DNA of 64,000 nucleotides from the human T2T-CHM13v2.0 reference genome, Homo sapiens, in the NCBI RefSeq assembly GCF_009914755.1, contig NC_060926.1; one strand, written 5' to 3'. Under the pieces are notes generated by a model that was given only the letters and a program-made list of their open reading frames with translations, was not told the DNA's origin and did no database searches. The translations under genes and the position numbers were made by a program. Below, in pieces: positions 45,435-59,910 of this stretch; the first letter of the stretch is position 1, and every line of letters begins with the position of its first letter.

Positions 45435-48400
45435 TCAAAAGGACATCATATACTTACAAAATTTGTACACCATAACCACTCTCCAAATGCAAGTTCAATA
45501 AGTGTTTCAAAGATCATAGAAGTGAAAATGCAGGCAAAAAAGACAAGAAATCTCCCCTGCTAAATTATTCAATTGTGTGTGATTTCTGCCCCTTCACACA
45601 GAGCACCAATTTGCTATGCTATGTATTTCATCTTCACATCGTTTCCAGTACTAAGTATAAATTGTATAAAGACTTTTAGTGAGTTCTAATTTGTTTTATG
45701 ACATTTTTGCAAATGTAATTTCACAAAAATGCATTATCACAGCATTGACTTCGTTGTATAAGTATTGCCCACGTATGTAAAATATTGAAACTTCCTCAGT
45801 AAATGAAACGATGTTCTTTTTGTACATCTGCACTTGAGAAGGATAAAATGTCTCAAAATCTTAGCTCTTTGGGCCACTTCATATACAATGGTGACCCACC
45901 GAGGTTTTTGATTAATATCATCAAAAGACTTAGGTTGCCCATCATGTTATTTCAAATGACAGCAGTTATAAAGCTGGGTGCACACAATTACTGACCATAC
46001 TGATATGCATTTATACATTTTGCTTTTTCACCTATTCCTTTATGAATGTGATTCATCTGCTTATAACTGTTATATCCGTGTGACTGCTGTTAGTATACCT
46101 GAGAGTTTATGCTTGTAAAAATATGTATGTTATGATTGCTATTTTATTGGGTAAAGTATGAAGTGCTCTGTTATGTCTTTATATGTTTCTCAAGTAAATC
46201 TCTCTTTAAAAATGTAAATAAATGTCTTTAAAGAATTTTTTGAAATTAGTTTTCCCAAAATTAGATTTTCAGACTTTAATGTTTCAGCATTATGATTTTC
46301 AAGACTTTAGGGATTTTGATCTCTTGGAATTTTAACAGGATTATGGCATTTAGGATTATGTCTTTTAAGATTATGGCACAAACCCAATTTAAAAATGATG
46401 GTGAAATGATGACTTTTTCAGATAGACAAAAGATGAGAGCACTTGTTTCTAGTAGTACCTGACTTTAAAAAGTATGAAAGTTCTTCAGGCAATAGGAAAA
46501 TGATGTCAAGTGGAAACTTGAATCAACACAAAGAACTGGAGAGACTAGGATACGACAAATATGTGGATAAAAAGAAAAGGCCTTTTTTCCTTTTCCTTTA
46601 TTTAAAATTAGTTTTTAAAACAGTGATTTAAAACAAAAGAATATATTGTGATGTTAATAACATACAGCAGTAAAGTAAGTGTATGACAACAATATAAAAA
46701 TGAAAGTATATTTTTGGAAAGTTTTTATATTATATATGAATTAGTGTAATATTATTTGAAGGTAGAAGTGATATATTAATTATGTATATTTTAAACCCTA
46801 TTGCAACTACTAAAAACAATAAAACAAGGTGATATATTTTGCAAGTCAATAGTGGAGATAAAGTAGAATACTAAAAAATGTACAATGAATGCAAAAGAAG
46901 ACAAAAAGGAATAAAAAGGGAACAAAGAACAGATGGGACAAATAGAAAACAAGTAGCAAGATGGTAGATATATATCTGACTTAATCATCACATTAAGTGT
47001 AAATTATCTAAACACTATAATTCATAAACATAGATTGTCAGACTGGATAAAAAAGCAAGACCCAACTATACACTCTTTAAAAAAAAAACCCTAAAATATA
47101 AAGATACAGTTATATTAAAGGAAAGGGATGGGAAAAGATATACCATGCAGTAATACCATGCACAACATTAATTGTTTAAAAAGCCAGTGTAACTATGTTA
47201 ATATCAAAGTACACTTCAGAACAAAGAATACTGTAGTACTGTGGATAAAGAGAAACATTTCATAATGATAAAGGGGTCAATAGATCAAGAAGACAAAGCA
47301 ATCCAAAATGTATATGTACCCAATATGAAAACTTTAAAATACATGAAGCAAAAAAATGACAGACCTGAAAGAAGAAACAGACAAATCCACAAAAGTAGCT
47401 GGAGATCCCAAAATTCCTCTCAGTAACTGATAGAACAAATAATCAGAAAACAAATGAAGATGTAGAAGACTTAACACTATCAACTAACTTGACAGAAATG
47501 ACATATATAATACACTTCACTTGACAATAACAGAAGACACACTTTTTCGAGTGCACATAGAACATTTACCAAAATAGACTATAGGCTGAGATGGAGAGTA
47601 AGTCTCAAAAAACTTACAATAATTTAAATAATCCAGAGTACTAATACTAATATGAATGGTCATACTAATTTGAAATTAAATTATAAGTCAGTAACAGAAA
47701 GATGCGGAAAATATGCAAATGCTTAGAAATGTAAAACTCACTTCTAATAAGCCACAGGTCAAAGAAGAAATCACAAAGGGGATGGAAACATATTTGAACA
47801 ATGAAAATGACCATACAACATGTCAAAGCTTGTGAGATGCAGCTAAGCAGTGTTTGAAGGATATTTATAGCTTTAAATGCTTATATTAGAAAAGAAAATA
47901 GCTTTAAAATCAGTGATCTAAACTTCTAGCTTAAGAGTGTAGAAAAATTAGAGTACATTAAACCTAAAGTAAGTAGAACAAAAGAAACAATAAAGGCAGA
48001 AATCAATGAAATGGATTGAAATCAATGAAATGAACAAATAATAGAATAAAATCAATGAAAAAAGCTGTTTCTTCATAAATATCAATAAAAGTAATAAACT
48101 TCTAGCTACACTGATCAAGGAAAAAAAGAGGGAAAATATAGATTACCAGTATCAGGAATTCTTTATAAATTAAAAGATCTTATAAACAGAATAATAAGGA
48201 AATACTATGAACAATTTTAAATAAATTTGACAATGCAGAGAAAATGAATAAATTTCTTGAAAGATACAAATTACCGACATTGAATCAAGAAGAAATAGAA
48301 AATCTAAGTAGCCCTATATCTATTAAAAATTCAATTTTTGATTTACAAGTTTCCATAAAGAAAATATAGCCCCTGGCAGCTTCACTGGTGAAATTCTATC

Positions 48401-48967
48401 CATCATTTAAGGAAGAAACACAAATGTTACACAAACTCTTTCAGAAAATATAGAAGAAAGGAAAGCTTCTCAGTTCATTTTAGGAGTCCAGCATTACCAA
48501 TACTAAAGCCAGGAAAATATGTTGTAAGATAATTACCAACCAATATTCCTGATAAACACAGACAAAAATTTCCTGCAAAACATTAGCATAAAGAATCCAG
48601 CAATATATAAAATAAATAATACATCATGACCAAATGGGGCTTATCTAAGGAATGAAGAGTTGATTTAACATTCAGAAATTAATCAATGTAGTTCATCATC
48701 TTTACAAAGTAAAAAATAAAAAGCTTACAGTTATCTCAGATGCAGAAAATATGTTTGACAAATTTCAGCATCATTTATTATAAAACTCTCACCAAACTGA
48801 AAATAAAAAGGAATCTCCTCAACCTGATAAAGAAAACCTAGGGAAAACCTATAGCTAATATCATCCGTAATAGTAAAGACTGAATGCTTTCTTCCCAAGA
48901 ATAAGAACAAGGCAAGGATATCAATTCTCACCACTCCTATTCAACATTGTACTGGAGGGCTAGTCAG

Positions 48968-49744
48968 TGTACTGGCTGGCTGTTTCTGTGAAGATTTCTT
49001 TTTGGATGAGATTAACATTTAAATCAGTGGACTTTGAGTAAAGTAGATTATACACTATAATGTGGGTGGGCCTAATACTATCAATTGAAGACTTTAATGG
49101 AACAAAGACTAACCTCCTCCAAGCAAGAAGGAATTTGGGCAGCAGATGGCCTTTGAACTCGAACTGCAACGTTGGCTCTTCTCTGGATCTCTAGCCTCCT
49201 AGACTACTCTGCAGATTTTGGACTTGCCAGCCCCCATAATTGCATAAGTCAATTCCTTAGAATAAATCTCTCTGAATAAATATATGTATGCTATTGTCTA
49301 AATGTTGATTTCCCCAAAAAAATCATGTTAGAATTTAATTCTCAATGTGGTAGTATTAAGAGGTGTGGCTTTTAGGAGGTGATTAGGTCAGGAGGGCTCC
49401 ACTCTCTTGAATGGGATTAGTGACCTTATAGAAGAAGCTATGAGGTCTTGTAGAAAAAGTTACCTTGTAGAAGAAGCTATGAGAAGCCTGTTTGTCCCTT
49501 ACATCATGTGAGGATGCAGCAAGAAGGCACCATCTTTGAAGCAGAAAGCAAGCCCTCACCAGACACTGAATCTTTTGGCACCTTGTTCTTGGACTTCCCA
49601 GCCTCCAGCAATACATTTATGTTGTTTATAAATTACCCAGTCTAAGTTACTTTGTTACAGCAGCTAGAAAGGACTAAGACATACACATGTGCTCACACAC
49701 ACATCCTTTTGGTTCTGTTTCTCTGGAGAACTTCGATGAATACA
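48968..49744 (+). mobile_element. MLT2 (C/D-like) ERVL LTR interrupted by an MLT1A-like MaLR LTR (49289-49681)
   Basis: ggatgagattaacatttaaatcagtggactttgagtaaag...; insert tgctattgtctaaatg...ggactaagaca; MLT2 end tttctctggagaac...aataca. Confidence 0.8.
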
Positions 49745-49766
49745 AATAATAGTGTTTAAACTGTCA

Positions 49767-50072
<306 letters not shown>

Positions 50073-50293
50073 TCAGTTATTCCCAAATTGCTTTATAGAT
50101 TCAATGCAATCCCAATCAAAATCCTAGCAGGCTTTTGTATAGAAATTTATAAAATTTCTACAAAATTATTATTTTATGGAAATTATTCTAAAATTTATAA
50201 GAAAATACTAAAGATCTTAAATAGCTAGGAAAAAAATGAGAAGAAAATACCATTACATAATTTAGATGCCCTGATTTCAAGACTTAATAGTAG

Positions 50294-50993
50294 TGTTTAC
50301 TTAAAATCACAAAATGTGTAAGTTTGGAAAGGATAACTTTATTTCTTATAAAGGGTTGCAACCTGAAGACTTGGAGGCGTAGCCTCTGGCAGAGACTGAA
50401 AGCAGGCATTTCGAGGGAGGGAGTGTGTTACAGGAGTCTCATGCTTGGTCAATTGGATAGACATACATATTTAACAGGTTACAGGAAGGGCTATGAATAT
50501 GCATGAGGGGACTTTGCACGCATGCATAGTAAGCAAACGTGTTATGTATGTCCCATGTTCACTTTGGGGGGAAACTTAACATTAAAATGCAGTAAAATTA
50601 GGCTGTACACATCAAAAGTTAAAACGAAGGACACCCAGGTGCTCTGTGTGCAGCCTCTGTGGACACGCCAGAGCCAGTCCGTGGTCAGCAGTCTCTTATC
50701 AGGAAGGAATGCTGGTTGATTGTTCTGTTGAAACTGAAAGGGGAGGGAAGTCTGGCCAAGGTACCAGGTTGTTGAGTGAGTCTTCTGTTCTTGTTTTCCA
50801 GGGCTGGTTTCTGTTTAACTCTTAGGGAAAAAGTCTAATGGTGGTCAGCAAGGGAGAGGGTAAATGAGGCATGACCAACCTCCCATCTCATCATGGCCAG
50901 AAAACTTAGTTTTTAAGGTTCTTGGGGGTCTCTTTGGCCAAAAGGGGTCTGCTTAGTCAGTCAGGGAGCTTTGGATTTCATTTTTGTTTCACG
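50294..50993 (-). mobile_element. ERV1 MER4-group solo LTR (LTR39-like; subfamily uncertain)
   Basis: 4-bp TSD gtag on both sides; end ...gggggtctctttggccaaaaggggtctgcttagtcagtcaggg...tttttgtttcac typical of MER4-group LTRs. Confidence 0.75.
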
Positions 50994-52271
50994 GTAGTAA
51001 TCACGACTATTGGTATTGGCATAAGGACAGAAATATAAATCAATAGAACAGAATAGAGTCCAAATATAGACCCACACTTATTTGGTCAATTGATTTTCAA
51101 CAAGGTTGCCAAGGCAATTTAATGAGGAAAGGATGTTCTTTTCAAGAAGTGGTTCCAGAACAATAAGATATCATGTAGAAGAAGACAAACTTTGACCCTT
51201 ACCCCACACCACATAAAAGTTTACTTGAAATGGATTATAGACCTAAATGTAAAAGCGAACACTGTAAAACAGCAAGATGAAAACACAGGAGAAAACTTCA
51301 GCCATCTCTGGATGGATAAAGATTTCTTAGATAGGACACAAAAAACACAAACTATAAAAGGAAAATTGATAAATTTGATTTCATAAAAATTAAAATTTTC
51401 TACTCTTTAACACCGTTAAGGAGATAAAAAAGCTACAGACTTGGAAAAAATATTGGTAATACATGTATCTTACAGTGGAATTGTATCTTGAACACCTAAA
51501 GAACTCTTACTAGTCAATTATTGGTAGGCAAATACCCAATTTTAAAGTGGGCTAATTATTTTAAACTAATTTAAATCCAGACTCTCATAGAAGATATACA
51601 AATGTCAAATAAGCACAAGAAGATACTCTACATTATTAATCATCAGGGAAATGCAAATTAAAACCACAACGAACTACGACTACACACTTACTGGAATTGC
51701 TAAATTTAAAAAGACTGACAATACCAAGTGTTGACAAGTAAGTGGGGCAACCTGAAGTCTCATACATTGCTGTTGGGAATATAAAATGATTAATGAACTT
51801 TGGAAAACAATTCATCAGTTTGTTATAAAATTTTTCACTCATCATATGACTCAACAGTTCCACCTCTTCATGTTTATCCAGGAGAAATCAAAACATGCCT
51901 ACACAAAGGCTTGCACACAAAGGTTCATAGAAACTTTATTCATTAACCCCCTAAACTGGAAACAACTCATATGTTCACAAATAGGCAGGAGGATAGCCTT
52001 GCAATGGAATGCTACTCAGTATTACGAAGGAACATCTACTGATACATGCAACGACATGGATGAATTTCAGAAATATGCTGAGCCAAACTTGCCAAACATG
52101 AAAGACCACTTACTACAGGATTCTATTTATGTGAATTCTAGAAAAAGCAAACCTCATCTACAGTGTTGGAAAGTAGATCAGTGATTGGCTGGAGGGAGGG
52201 AGCTGGTGACTGATCACACACACAAAAAAAAACATGAGAATGATGGCATTTGAGAATGATGGAAATGCATA

Positions 52272-52893
<622 letters not shown>

Positions 52894-54420
52894 TGAAGCC
52901 CCCAGCACCATTCATGGTACACAATAAATGCTTAGCAAATGTTATTTCTCATCTCACCAGCACCACCTCTTTAATTTCTCTCTGTGTTCCTGCTCTTTTC
53001 ACACACTCTCAGCGTAATGTGCTTCTCATACCTCTCTGCCTCTCCAAATTCCTCCCATCCTTCAATGTGCAGCTTAAATCCTTCTAGCCTGAATGTTTTC
53101 CAGGTTACTCCAGGTCACAGTGCGGAACCCTTAAAGCATCCACCACTTGCTTCTCCAAAATTAAGCATGGTTGTGTAGTAACATGTGTCATTCACAACTT
53201 GTTTGATGCATCTATGTCTTGCTTTACCATTGCTTTCGAATTCTGCAGGGATGAGTACTACTTTTTCTCCACTGAAACCTCACCACTGGCTGCTACAATA
53301 CTGCCAGGAGTTGTTTCTCATTGCCTGGGATGGAGCCTCCCATCTTTGCTGGAACCCTGTAGATCTTCTGCCACTGGACAGAGAGCCCCTGGGGGAAAGA
53401 GGCTGGTCTGCAAAGACAGTGTGGTTGCCTTTGCAGCCTAGCTGTCCTGGTTTGCATCTCAGCCCTTCCTGCTGCCTACCTGTGTGGCCCTGGCCAAGTT
53501 ACCTAGCCAAACTGATCCTCAGCTTCCTCATCCATTTCTTGGGTGGTATTGTTGGAGTGAAATGAGAGAACTGTGTCAGCACCTGGCTGCCATCTGCCGT
53601 CACTGAGAGTTGGGTGAATGGGTGCAAGACCAGGTTCGCAGTCTGGCAGGGGGTATGTGAAACTGGTATGCAGGTAACACCTTGACCTGTGTGTTTTTTT
53701 TGTTTTTTTTTTTTTTTTGCCAGTTTAAAACTAATTTCCCCTGAGAGGAGAGAAACAGGCTGGGTCTCTGAGCTCTGCATCCCTCATAAAAGCTTGGTGT
53801 GTTTCTTCAGCCCCGTCCACACATCTGGTTGTACTTACTGCTCCAAAAATGTATCCATCCTGCCTACCATGTTCACATTTCAGAACATGGGGCAGCCTCA
53901 GGGGGAAAAGACCTCATAAATACCAAGCATTAAAAAAAAGTAATGTCATGCATTTACATACTTCCAGAAGATGAAGGTCCAGGAACATAACTTTCTCTGC
54001 AAGAAGCAGGCACCATGAACACAAGGGCTGACCTGCCAGGGTCTCCCTGGGTAAGGAAAACCCCTCCAAAGCAGTGAACAGAACTTTCTGGCTAGGAACC
54101 CAGAAAATAAAAGATTCTTTTGTCTTCCTAGGAAATGCTCACTTTCAACCATGAGAGGAATAACAAGGAGAGGTCAACAGATGAGACACCTGGCTCTGCC
54201 TTTCAACTTCCTGGGTGACCAAAAGCATGTCACTCAGCATCCCTGGGCTCTCTTACCCATCTGTGCGTAATTGCTTCTCTCCACTGCAGCTGTGACTCTG
54301 TGAACAACTCTGAAGTGAGTGAGGCAGAGATATTTGTCGACGTGTTTGTATTCATGTATGTTCATGATGCCTAGAATAGTGCTTGGCATGTAATACATAC
54401 TCCACAAATGGTTTTGGGTT

Positions 54421-54628
54421 TTCTTTTTTTTTTTTTTTTTTTGAGACAGAGTCTTGCTCTGTCACCCAGGTATGACCTCTGCTCACTGCAGCCTCCACCC
54501 CCAGGGTTCAAGTGATTCTCCTGCCTCAGCCTCCTGAGTAGCTGAGATTACAGGTACACACCACCACACCTGGGTAATTTTTGTATTTTTGGTAGAGATG
54601 GGGTTTCACCATGTTGGCCAGGCTAGTC
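54421..54628 (-). mobile_element. Alu, truncated
   Basis: Poly-T, gagacagagtcttgctctgtcaccc...ttggccaggctagtct. Confidence 0.85.
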
Positions 54629-55716
54629 TCTACCACCATTCTGCTTGTTGGTTTTGCAGTGGCTGTAGGCATTTCCCCCTTTCTGTTGTCTCTTCTCTCT
54701 TCCACCTTCCCACTCCCAATGTGATGGTGTACATCCTGGAGTTTCTCACTCAAGGGTCTGTCTCTGAGGATCAGACCAAAGAGAACTGGCTTGTGTTGTA
54801 GTAGAAGGTTAGGTCCAGGCTACAGCTGAGCAAAGGCTGTCAAACTTTGAGAGAAGTTATGAAAATAGGTGGGGAATCTCTCCACAGAAACTCTATTGGG
54901 GAAAGATACAATAAATGTTTTCCTCAGCGTGGACTAGCTCCTGTGTTGACACATGAGGAGGGGCATGAACTCTACAGGCCCATGAACAGCTCACAGGCAT
55001 TGTGATGAGGCCAGTGGGCTCAACTAGAGATGCTCTGTGTGTGACCTGCTCTGTGTGTGACCTGCTCTACACTGACTCACAGGTCTTTGAGGTTAAAGAG
55101 CTGCTGAAATGCAGTAGTGTTGCCTGAGGACAGAGTGAAAGAAGCAGAGCCCTGCCTGGTGCCCTGAACCAGCCCAATGCATGGCTTTGAAAGAGAGAAT
55201 AGAGAAGGGCCCCCACCAAACCTGCTTTTCCATGAGTCCCCTACGTGTCCTTCAGAAACCTCCTTACAACCTTAGTTCACCTAGGGACACATTGGACACT
55301 TGCCTGGGTTCCAGCACAACTTCAATGGCCAGGTCAGTTGGGGCTAGGCAGGCAAGGCCATCAGCCTACAACAACCCCTTCTCTCCTTCTGTCCATTTCA
55401 CTATGGTCTCAGTTTGCAATGGGAGGAGAGTCATCACACTCTCAGCTGAGCCGAGTTTCCTCCAGGGCTTTCCATCAGGGCTGGAGCCTTTGCCAACCAT
55501 CCCGCAAATTCCATATTCACTAACAAAGCTGGGTCCTTGGACGTTGTTATGAGCACCTGCAATGGGAGAAGATGGAGGTAATGGGGAGTGGATGTCATGA
55601 TTGCGGTTTGGACAGAGAGGAGATAGGAACCTCTGTTCATGTGTCTTACTTCACTAGCTTTGTCTGTGGCAGTTGGGGATAGGAAGTGATGGTCCATGAC
55701 TGACAGGTAATATGAA

Positions 55717-56122
55717 GAGCCGGGTTAAACTGAGCTGAACTGAGCTAAAATGAGTTGAGTAGAGCTTAGTTGAACCAAGCTGAGCTGAGTTGAGCTGAGC
55801 TGGGTTGAGCTGAGTTGAGCCAAGCTGAGTGAAGATGAGTTGAGTTCAGCTGAGCTGAGCTGAGATGAGTTGAGTTCAGCTGAGCTGAGCTGAGTTGAGC
55901 TGAGCTGAGCCAAGCTGAGTTGAGCTGAGCTGAGCTAAGCTGATTTGAGCTGAGCTGAGCTGAGCCGAGCTGAGTTGAGTTGAGCTAAGCCAAGCTGAAA
56001 TGAGCTGAGCTGAGCCAAATTGAGCTGAGTTGAACTGAGCCGAATTGAGCTGAGTTGAGCTGAGCTGAGCCGAATTGAGCTGAGTTGAGCTGAGCTGAGC
56101 TGAGTTAAGCTGAGCTGAGTTG
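55717..56122. repeat. (GAGCT)n pentamer array, about 80 units, Ig switch-mu-like
   Basis: TGAGC/TGAGT/CAAGC variant pentamers in unbroken 5-bp register. Confidence 0.95.
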
Positions 56123-59100
56123 GAAAGACAAATCCTACCCTCTTAGAATCCCTGGGGATGAGGCACCCTTTCTGATGCCAGAGATTGAGTTTGTTATTCT
56201 CAAAACTGTTTCTGGCAACTGAGAAAGAGTCATGCTTTACTTGTGATGAGACATCCCTGAAAAGCACATCTAGGTCCTCTCTGATCCTCAGAGGAGCACT
56301 CTCACGAGTGTTCCTATAAAGCCCCTCCCTCTGGCCCGCCCCTGGGCCGCCCCCTTGTCCTGTGCACCTTCCCACCCCTACTCCTCATCCCCACGTCTCC
56401 TCTCTGCTATCACTCCTCTTGTCCCATGGATGGGAATGACTTCCCAGAGCCTTCTCCATGGGCCCCTCAGGAACAACTCTGCTCCAAGAGCTTCTGCATT
56501 TACCCACCCATACATTATCTCCATTTGCTGTGTTTGTCCCTGGGTCGTTTTCCCTGAATAATTGTGAGTACTATGTAAGAGAGTCTTGTAATTCTTTTGT
56601 GTCTCCCAGAATACTGAGTTCCATATATAAAAGTATATAATAAGTGCTCAATAAAGGCTTACCTCATATCTTATAGTGTACTTTTAATTAATGTATTTAT
56701 TTGGCTTGGGAAGTCTAAGATCAAATATAGTGTAGTTTTTTTTTTAAAGTTTGTGTTAAAACAGGTATGTCCTCAGCTTATATCTTAAGATGTATTACTG
56801 AGAAATGTGTTTTTTCTCTAACTCCAGGCTTGAGTGCTCTGAAGTTAATGAAGAGCAGTGAACTAAGAGTAAGGATATTAAGACCATGACCCAGCCCTGC
56901 CACCAATTTGTGTGCGATCTAACATAAATCATGTAACCTTTCTCCACATTTCCCTACCTGTGCAGCAGGTCAGCACCTAGTCTTACGGTGTTGCAAGCAT
57001 ACAATGGCACAAAGTTTTGGATGAGCTTGTTAAATGCTGAATACATGAAGGAGATTATTATTCTAAGTGGCACACGAAGAATTTATTCAACAAAGCTGTA
57101 TTGATGATTTACTCTCTGCATCAGCTCCTGGGACTGCAAGTATAAAAGTGATTCAGACCTTGCCCTTGGGAAGCCGGGGAGAGACTCAAATAGCTAACAG
57201 CAGGGTAAGTAAGCCTTATAGTGAAGTGCCAGGAACAGAGGGGAAGGAGGCAGGAAAGTGTGGGAGAGGGGTATAGAAGGGAGCAGCATTTGAAGAGATA
57301 TCAAAGAAGTCACCAGATGTCACCAGAAAGAAGGGGAATAGGCAGTAGCATATTCCTGACAGCGTGCTGAAGGCTGAAGGCGTGGCAGGGCAGTGAGTGG
57401 TGCCTTGTAGCTGCAGCAGCAATGATCAGGGTGATGAGGCTGTGTGGAGGTGACCAGAGGCCCAAAGAGATGGCAGCAGTGGCTGTGACGCTGCAAGCTC
57501 TGTTACTCGAGTGGGGTGTGGTGGGGCGGGAGTCGTGTGGGCTGGGGGAGGTGTCAGAACTCCTTGGGCCTCTGGCCAGGTGCAGGCTCTGGCATGGCCC
57601 GGAACTACTGGGTGAGCGGGCAGCCCAGGCTCTCTAGGGAGCTCTGTTGGCCATGGGCAGAGGCACAAGGCCTGGTCCTTCCCACTCTAAGGAGCTGCAA
57701 AGACAGAGAAGGCCAGGGGGACCCCGGGGCTTGCAGGTAGGAGGTAGAGAGGAGGCTCAGGGCCAGATTCTTCTCCTGCTTCCCAGGTAATGTGAAGGTC
57801 TCTCTCCTCCCGGACTGCACTCGCCTCGCCTTCCCTCTGCACGTGTTGAGTTCTTCCTGCCTCTCCCCGGCTAGGGCCTGGCTTCCACATCACTCTTCTG
57901 TGGGCCCTCCTTCCCCCCGGTCCTCTTTGCTGTTCTCCATTCTCTATCACAGTTTGTTCCTTTCAGGGCACTTAACACAATTTGTCCGTGTTGGGCTTTC
58001 TAGCTCTTCTCTCCCCACAAAAGTGTCAGTTCCATGAGGGTGGGGACTTCATCTCGTCCCAAGGCATTGCCAGTGCCTGGCACACAATGTGTGGCATACA
58101 GTAGGTGCCAAATAACTGACTCAATGGTCTGGCCATGCAGCATGACTTCAAGAGCATAGCATTTGGACATACAGTATTGTCTCCGGGTTAAAGGAGGGAT
58201 CCACATCCGCTACAGTAGAGACCAAGAGATTGGGGTCTCACTGTTACTCTGAAAGATAAGTCACATTAAGTGTCAGCTCTCCTCCCCTTCTAGTACAGAG
58301 CACTCGATAATCCGGAGTGGATTCAGTCCTAAATCCAGCCTGGTTAAAGGACACCCAGGCTTGCACATATAAGGGTCTCTCAGCGGACCCCAGCCAGCTA
58401 CAGAATATGGGAAGAACGGGCTTCAATGGGCAAAAGCTGCCGTTTCTTTACTTAGCAATACATGTGTCTTTCTAAATAACAGATTTAAATAAGTAAGGCA
58501 AACTGTGAAAATATGTGGTTAAAAATGTAAGGGGTGGGGTGGGAATAGAGAATCTAGCAGATGGTTGCTGTGCCTCCCTCTGTGACAGGTGGGATAGAAT
58601 CATCTGCATGAGCACATCTCTAAAGGTCTTCTTTTTCATGGGCACATTTATTGGCATACTGTAGAATGAGCCCTGTACATTCAAATAGCAGAGTCGGCCC
58701 AGCCCAGAACAGCTCTGGAAAGGAAGACCTTGGCCTTGGCTGTGCCTCACTTATGACAACAGAGCTGTCCCTCATCAAAAAGAGGAAAAGGAGAGAAAAT
58801 CAGAAATGCCTGGTCAAAAGTGAAGGTGGGGCAAGCAGACCTGAAGCTAGTCCTTGGGGTGAGTGGCTGAGTCACAGCATCCCACACACATGCCACCTCC
58901 TACAGCCCCTTGGCCTTCTGCCCATACAGGCTCCCAGCCCACGGCTCACTGGTCACTCTTCTTTCCGATGGCCAGAACCACACGCTGCAGGTGACCCTTG
59001 GGAAGACCCCGCCTGGGCCACTCATTGGTTCGTGTGAAGAGGCTTCTGTCCCCAGCCAGACGGTGCCCTGCTTGGAGGCAGAGGCCAGGCGATGTCCTCC

Positions 59101-59414
59101 AGTGTCCCCGTGGCCAGTCATCGGCTGCCCCTGTCCAAGGCATTTCCACAGGCATTTCCTGCCACACTTGGGCACATTTCCCAACATGCTCATCAGTTTG
59201 GGGACAGGCTCCATGGGTGGGGTCACTTCTCATTAGCATTTCTCCCCCTGTGGTTCCCACTGCCTGTCCTGAGCTCGCCCCCTCATCTGTGAGTGCAGAA
59301 GCCTGGAAGCCTGAGCTCATCTGCCTGGATGATGGCAGGGCGAGCTCTCCTAGGGACAAATCATGAGCTCAGGGATGCCTGCCATGTATCCTGCTCGTCT
59401 GGGCAGGCCCTGCT

Positions 59415-59910
59415 AAACCCTATGTGTGCACAGTTGTGTTAAAGCCTTACAACCACTCCAGGAGGTGGTGTCGTCATCACCATCCTCAATCTTCATTTCA
59501 CTTATAAGAAAACAGAGACATAGAAAGACATTGGCCGAGGTCACAGAGTTGGTCATGGTGGGCCAGGATTCAAACTCCACCAGTCCGACCTCCTGCTTTC
59601 TGCTCTAAACTCCAACTAGTCTGCAGTGGTATTGTATACCGCACCCTGACCTCACCTGTCTCACAATGTCACAGGCACCTGTGTGAAGGCCACAGGACAA
59701 GTGCAGCCTCCAGGCAGGAGGCTGCCTCTTGGCGGTGGTGCCCTTGGTCAAGTCACTGCCCCCTGCTGAGCCTCTGGGCTCTAATATGGGGTTTATGATA
59801 GAAGCTGCCTCCTTAGGGGATTGGGAGAATTAAATACGCTCATCTGTGTGAAGGCTTAGAGCAGCGCCTGGCACTGGGAGCACTCAGTAGCACGCATCGT
59901 TATCACAGTT
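59415..59910. mobile_element. Two MIR fragments (~59415-59610, ~59740-59910)
   Basis: aagaaaacagagacatagaaag...ggtcacagagttggtc...ggattcaaactc; and ccttggtcaagtcactgccccctgctgagcctc...gcctggcac. Confidence 0.6.

Noticed and set aside
55717-56122. CRISPR-like array or genuine Ig locus
   Set aside because: No unique spacers, eukaryotic context, and no Ig constant or J exons nearby.
55725-56375. ORFs with SSAQL/AQLSS repeats (55725-55913, 55935-56375)
   Set aside because: Trivial translation of the (AGCTC)n strand, which lacks stop codons; no gene structure.
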